Shown here: in pieces, positions 42,564-43,283 of the stretch | Layout: every line of letters starts with the position of its first letter | How positions within the stretch are numbered: the first letter of the stretch is position 1 | Source: Candidatus Nanoarchaeia archaeon | Lineage (GTDB): Archaea > Nanobdellota > Nanobdellia > SCGC-AAA011-G17 > JACPNG01 | Assembly: GCA_030745695.1 (NCBI GenBank) | Contig: JASLOB010000014.1 | Location: 1-43,283, forward strand | Direction of reading: 5' to 3' | Length of the DNA: 43,283 bases | Program-made: the position numbers and the translations under genes | The notes under the pieces: model-generated | What the model was told of the DNA's origin: nothing | Database searches by the model: none | What the model saw: the letters and a program-made list of their open reading frames with translations, nothing else

Positions 42564-43283
42564 ATGGCTGATAATCATCTTTTTTCACAATTATTTGCAA
42601 CAGAAAAACAAATAGAAAATATAGAAGAAAAACCAATAGATGATATTAAAAAAGATCTAGAAAAAATAACAGATAAAATATCTTTCTTAAAAAGATTATT
42701 AGATAAAATAAAGGAAGTAAATAAAAAAAGACAAGTAAGAGAATTATTAATTAATGAAATAAAAAGTAAAAATAAAGGTGCCCAATACTTCATGGGTTAT
42801 GACTCAGTTGCAGAAGGATTAGAACCTGTTTATTTTTGGCTTTTAGATTTTCTAAGAAATAAACCTTTAGCAGGAATTGGTTATGAAGTAGATAAAACTA
42901 AAGAAGATTTTGAAGCATCTGTGGGATCAGCTTTTTTTGGAGAGATAGGTGGAAGAGGAACAAGAATGCAAGAACAAGCAATGAAGATGATGGGTACAAT
43001 AAATACTGTAGTAAGAAGTATAATCAATTTGATCTATGACTTAAAAGAATTTAAGATGAGATTAGAAAATTATAATAATTTAAAATCTGAAGATGAGGAA
43101 GTTAGAAAAACAGCTGATCTTGGGTTAAAACAAACTTGGTTAGATAATGTAGATATTAAAAGAGGAAGAGGAGCAATCCACTCAATGGCTCAACAATTAA
43201 ATTTTGTTACAGTAAGAGATGCATTTCTTTATGCAAAAGATTCTAAACAAGTTGACACAATGGATTTGAATGATAGAGTAAAA
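42564..43283 (+). CDS. hypothetical protein, 5' part only (open to the window end; not in the ORF track)
   Basis: Hand translation from ATG 42564 gives MADNHLFSQLFATEKQIENIEEKPIDDIKKDLEKITDKISFLKRLLDKIKEVNKK...GYDSVAEGLEPVYFWLLDFL...MQEQAMKMMGTINTVVRSIINLIYDLKEF... There are 240 codons with no stop. Confidence 0.6.
   Translation, partial: MADNHLFSQLFATEKQIENIEEKPIDDIKKDLEKITDKISFLKRLLDKIKEVNKKRQVRELLINEIKSKNKGAQYFMGYDSVAEGLEPVYFWLLDFLRNKPLAGIGYEVDKTKEDFEASVGSAFFGEIGGRGTRMQEQAMKMMGTINTVVRSIINLIYDLKEFKMRLENYNNLKSEDEEVRKTADLGLKQTWLDNVDIKRGRGAIHSMAQQLNFVTVRDAFLYAKDSKQVDTMDLNDRVK

Noticed and set aside
1-43283. A scan for CRISPR arrays, rRNA genes, IS elements or transposases, toxin-antitoxin pairs and known defence-system hallmarks.
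   Set aside because: I found no regularly spaced direct repeats, no rRNA-like GC-rich blocks, and no DDE, HUH or recombinase motifs in any translated ORF. The Dcd-like genes lack the extra kinase-type domains described for nucleotide-depletion defence enzymes, so I did not call them a defence system.

Overview
AT-rich, gene-dense window that reads as an archaeal chromosome, probably a small DPANN-type genome. Archaeal markers: a class-I tRNA-Tyr with a C1-G72 pair, no encoded CCA and a long intron; class I LysRS; archaeal-type GluRS; Mre11/Rad50; a compact RNase J; a NIP7-like protein. Many bacterial-looking genes are mixed in: grpE-dnaK, lspA, a cold-shock protein, LemA/TPM and VKOR. I saw no rRNA, CRISPR array, transposase or integrase. 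Best candidates for something new: (1) A tightly coupled six-gene minus-strand operon at 6568-11998: class I LysRS, a degenerate stand-alone AlaRS catalytic-core paralogue, an MccF/LD-carboxypeptidase-like S66 peptidase, a SAM methyltransferase, and two dCTP-deaminase-like genes, one with the catalytic Glu replaced by Gln. This operon plus one small ORF is bracketed by an exact 20-bp direct repeat of the tRNA-Tyr 3' end (att-like). (2) The tRNA-Tyr intron carries a near-duplicate of the anticodon-arm 5' half that reads UUG instead of GUA. (3) Three tandem paralogues of an unrecognised ~165-aa family lie in an operon with lspA, divergent from a large unknown ORF that runs off the window. Lesser observations: several decayed genes (a frameshifted Lrp/AsnC regulator, a truncated FAD oxidoreductase, a truncated M50 protease), an atypical grpE-dnaK locus, a VKOR-DoxX-cupredoxin module, and a membrane coiled-coil protein with a large internal tandem duplication. 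All functional calls come from motifs read by eye in the supplied translations. No database search was run.
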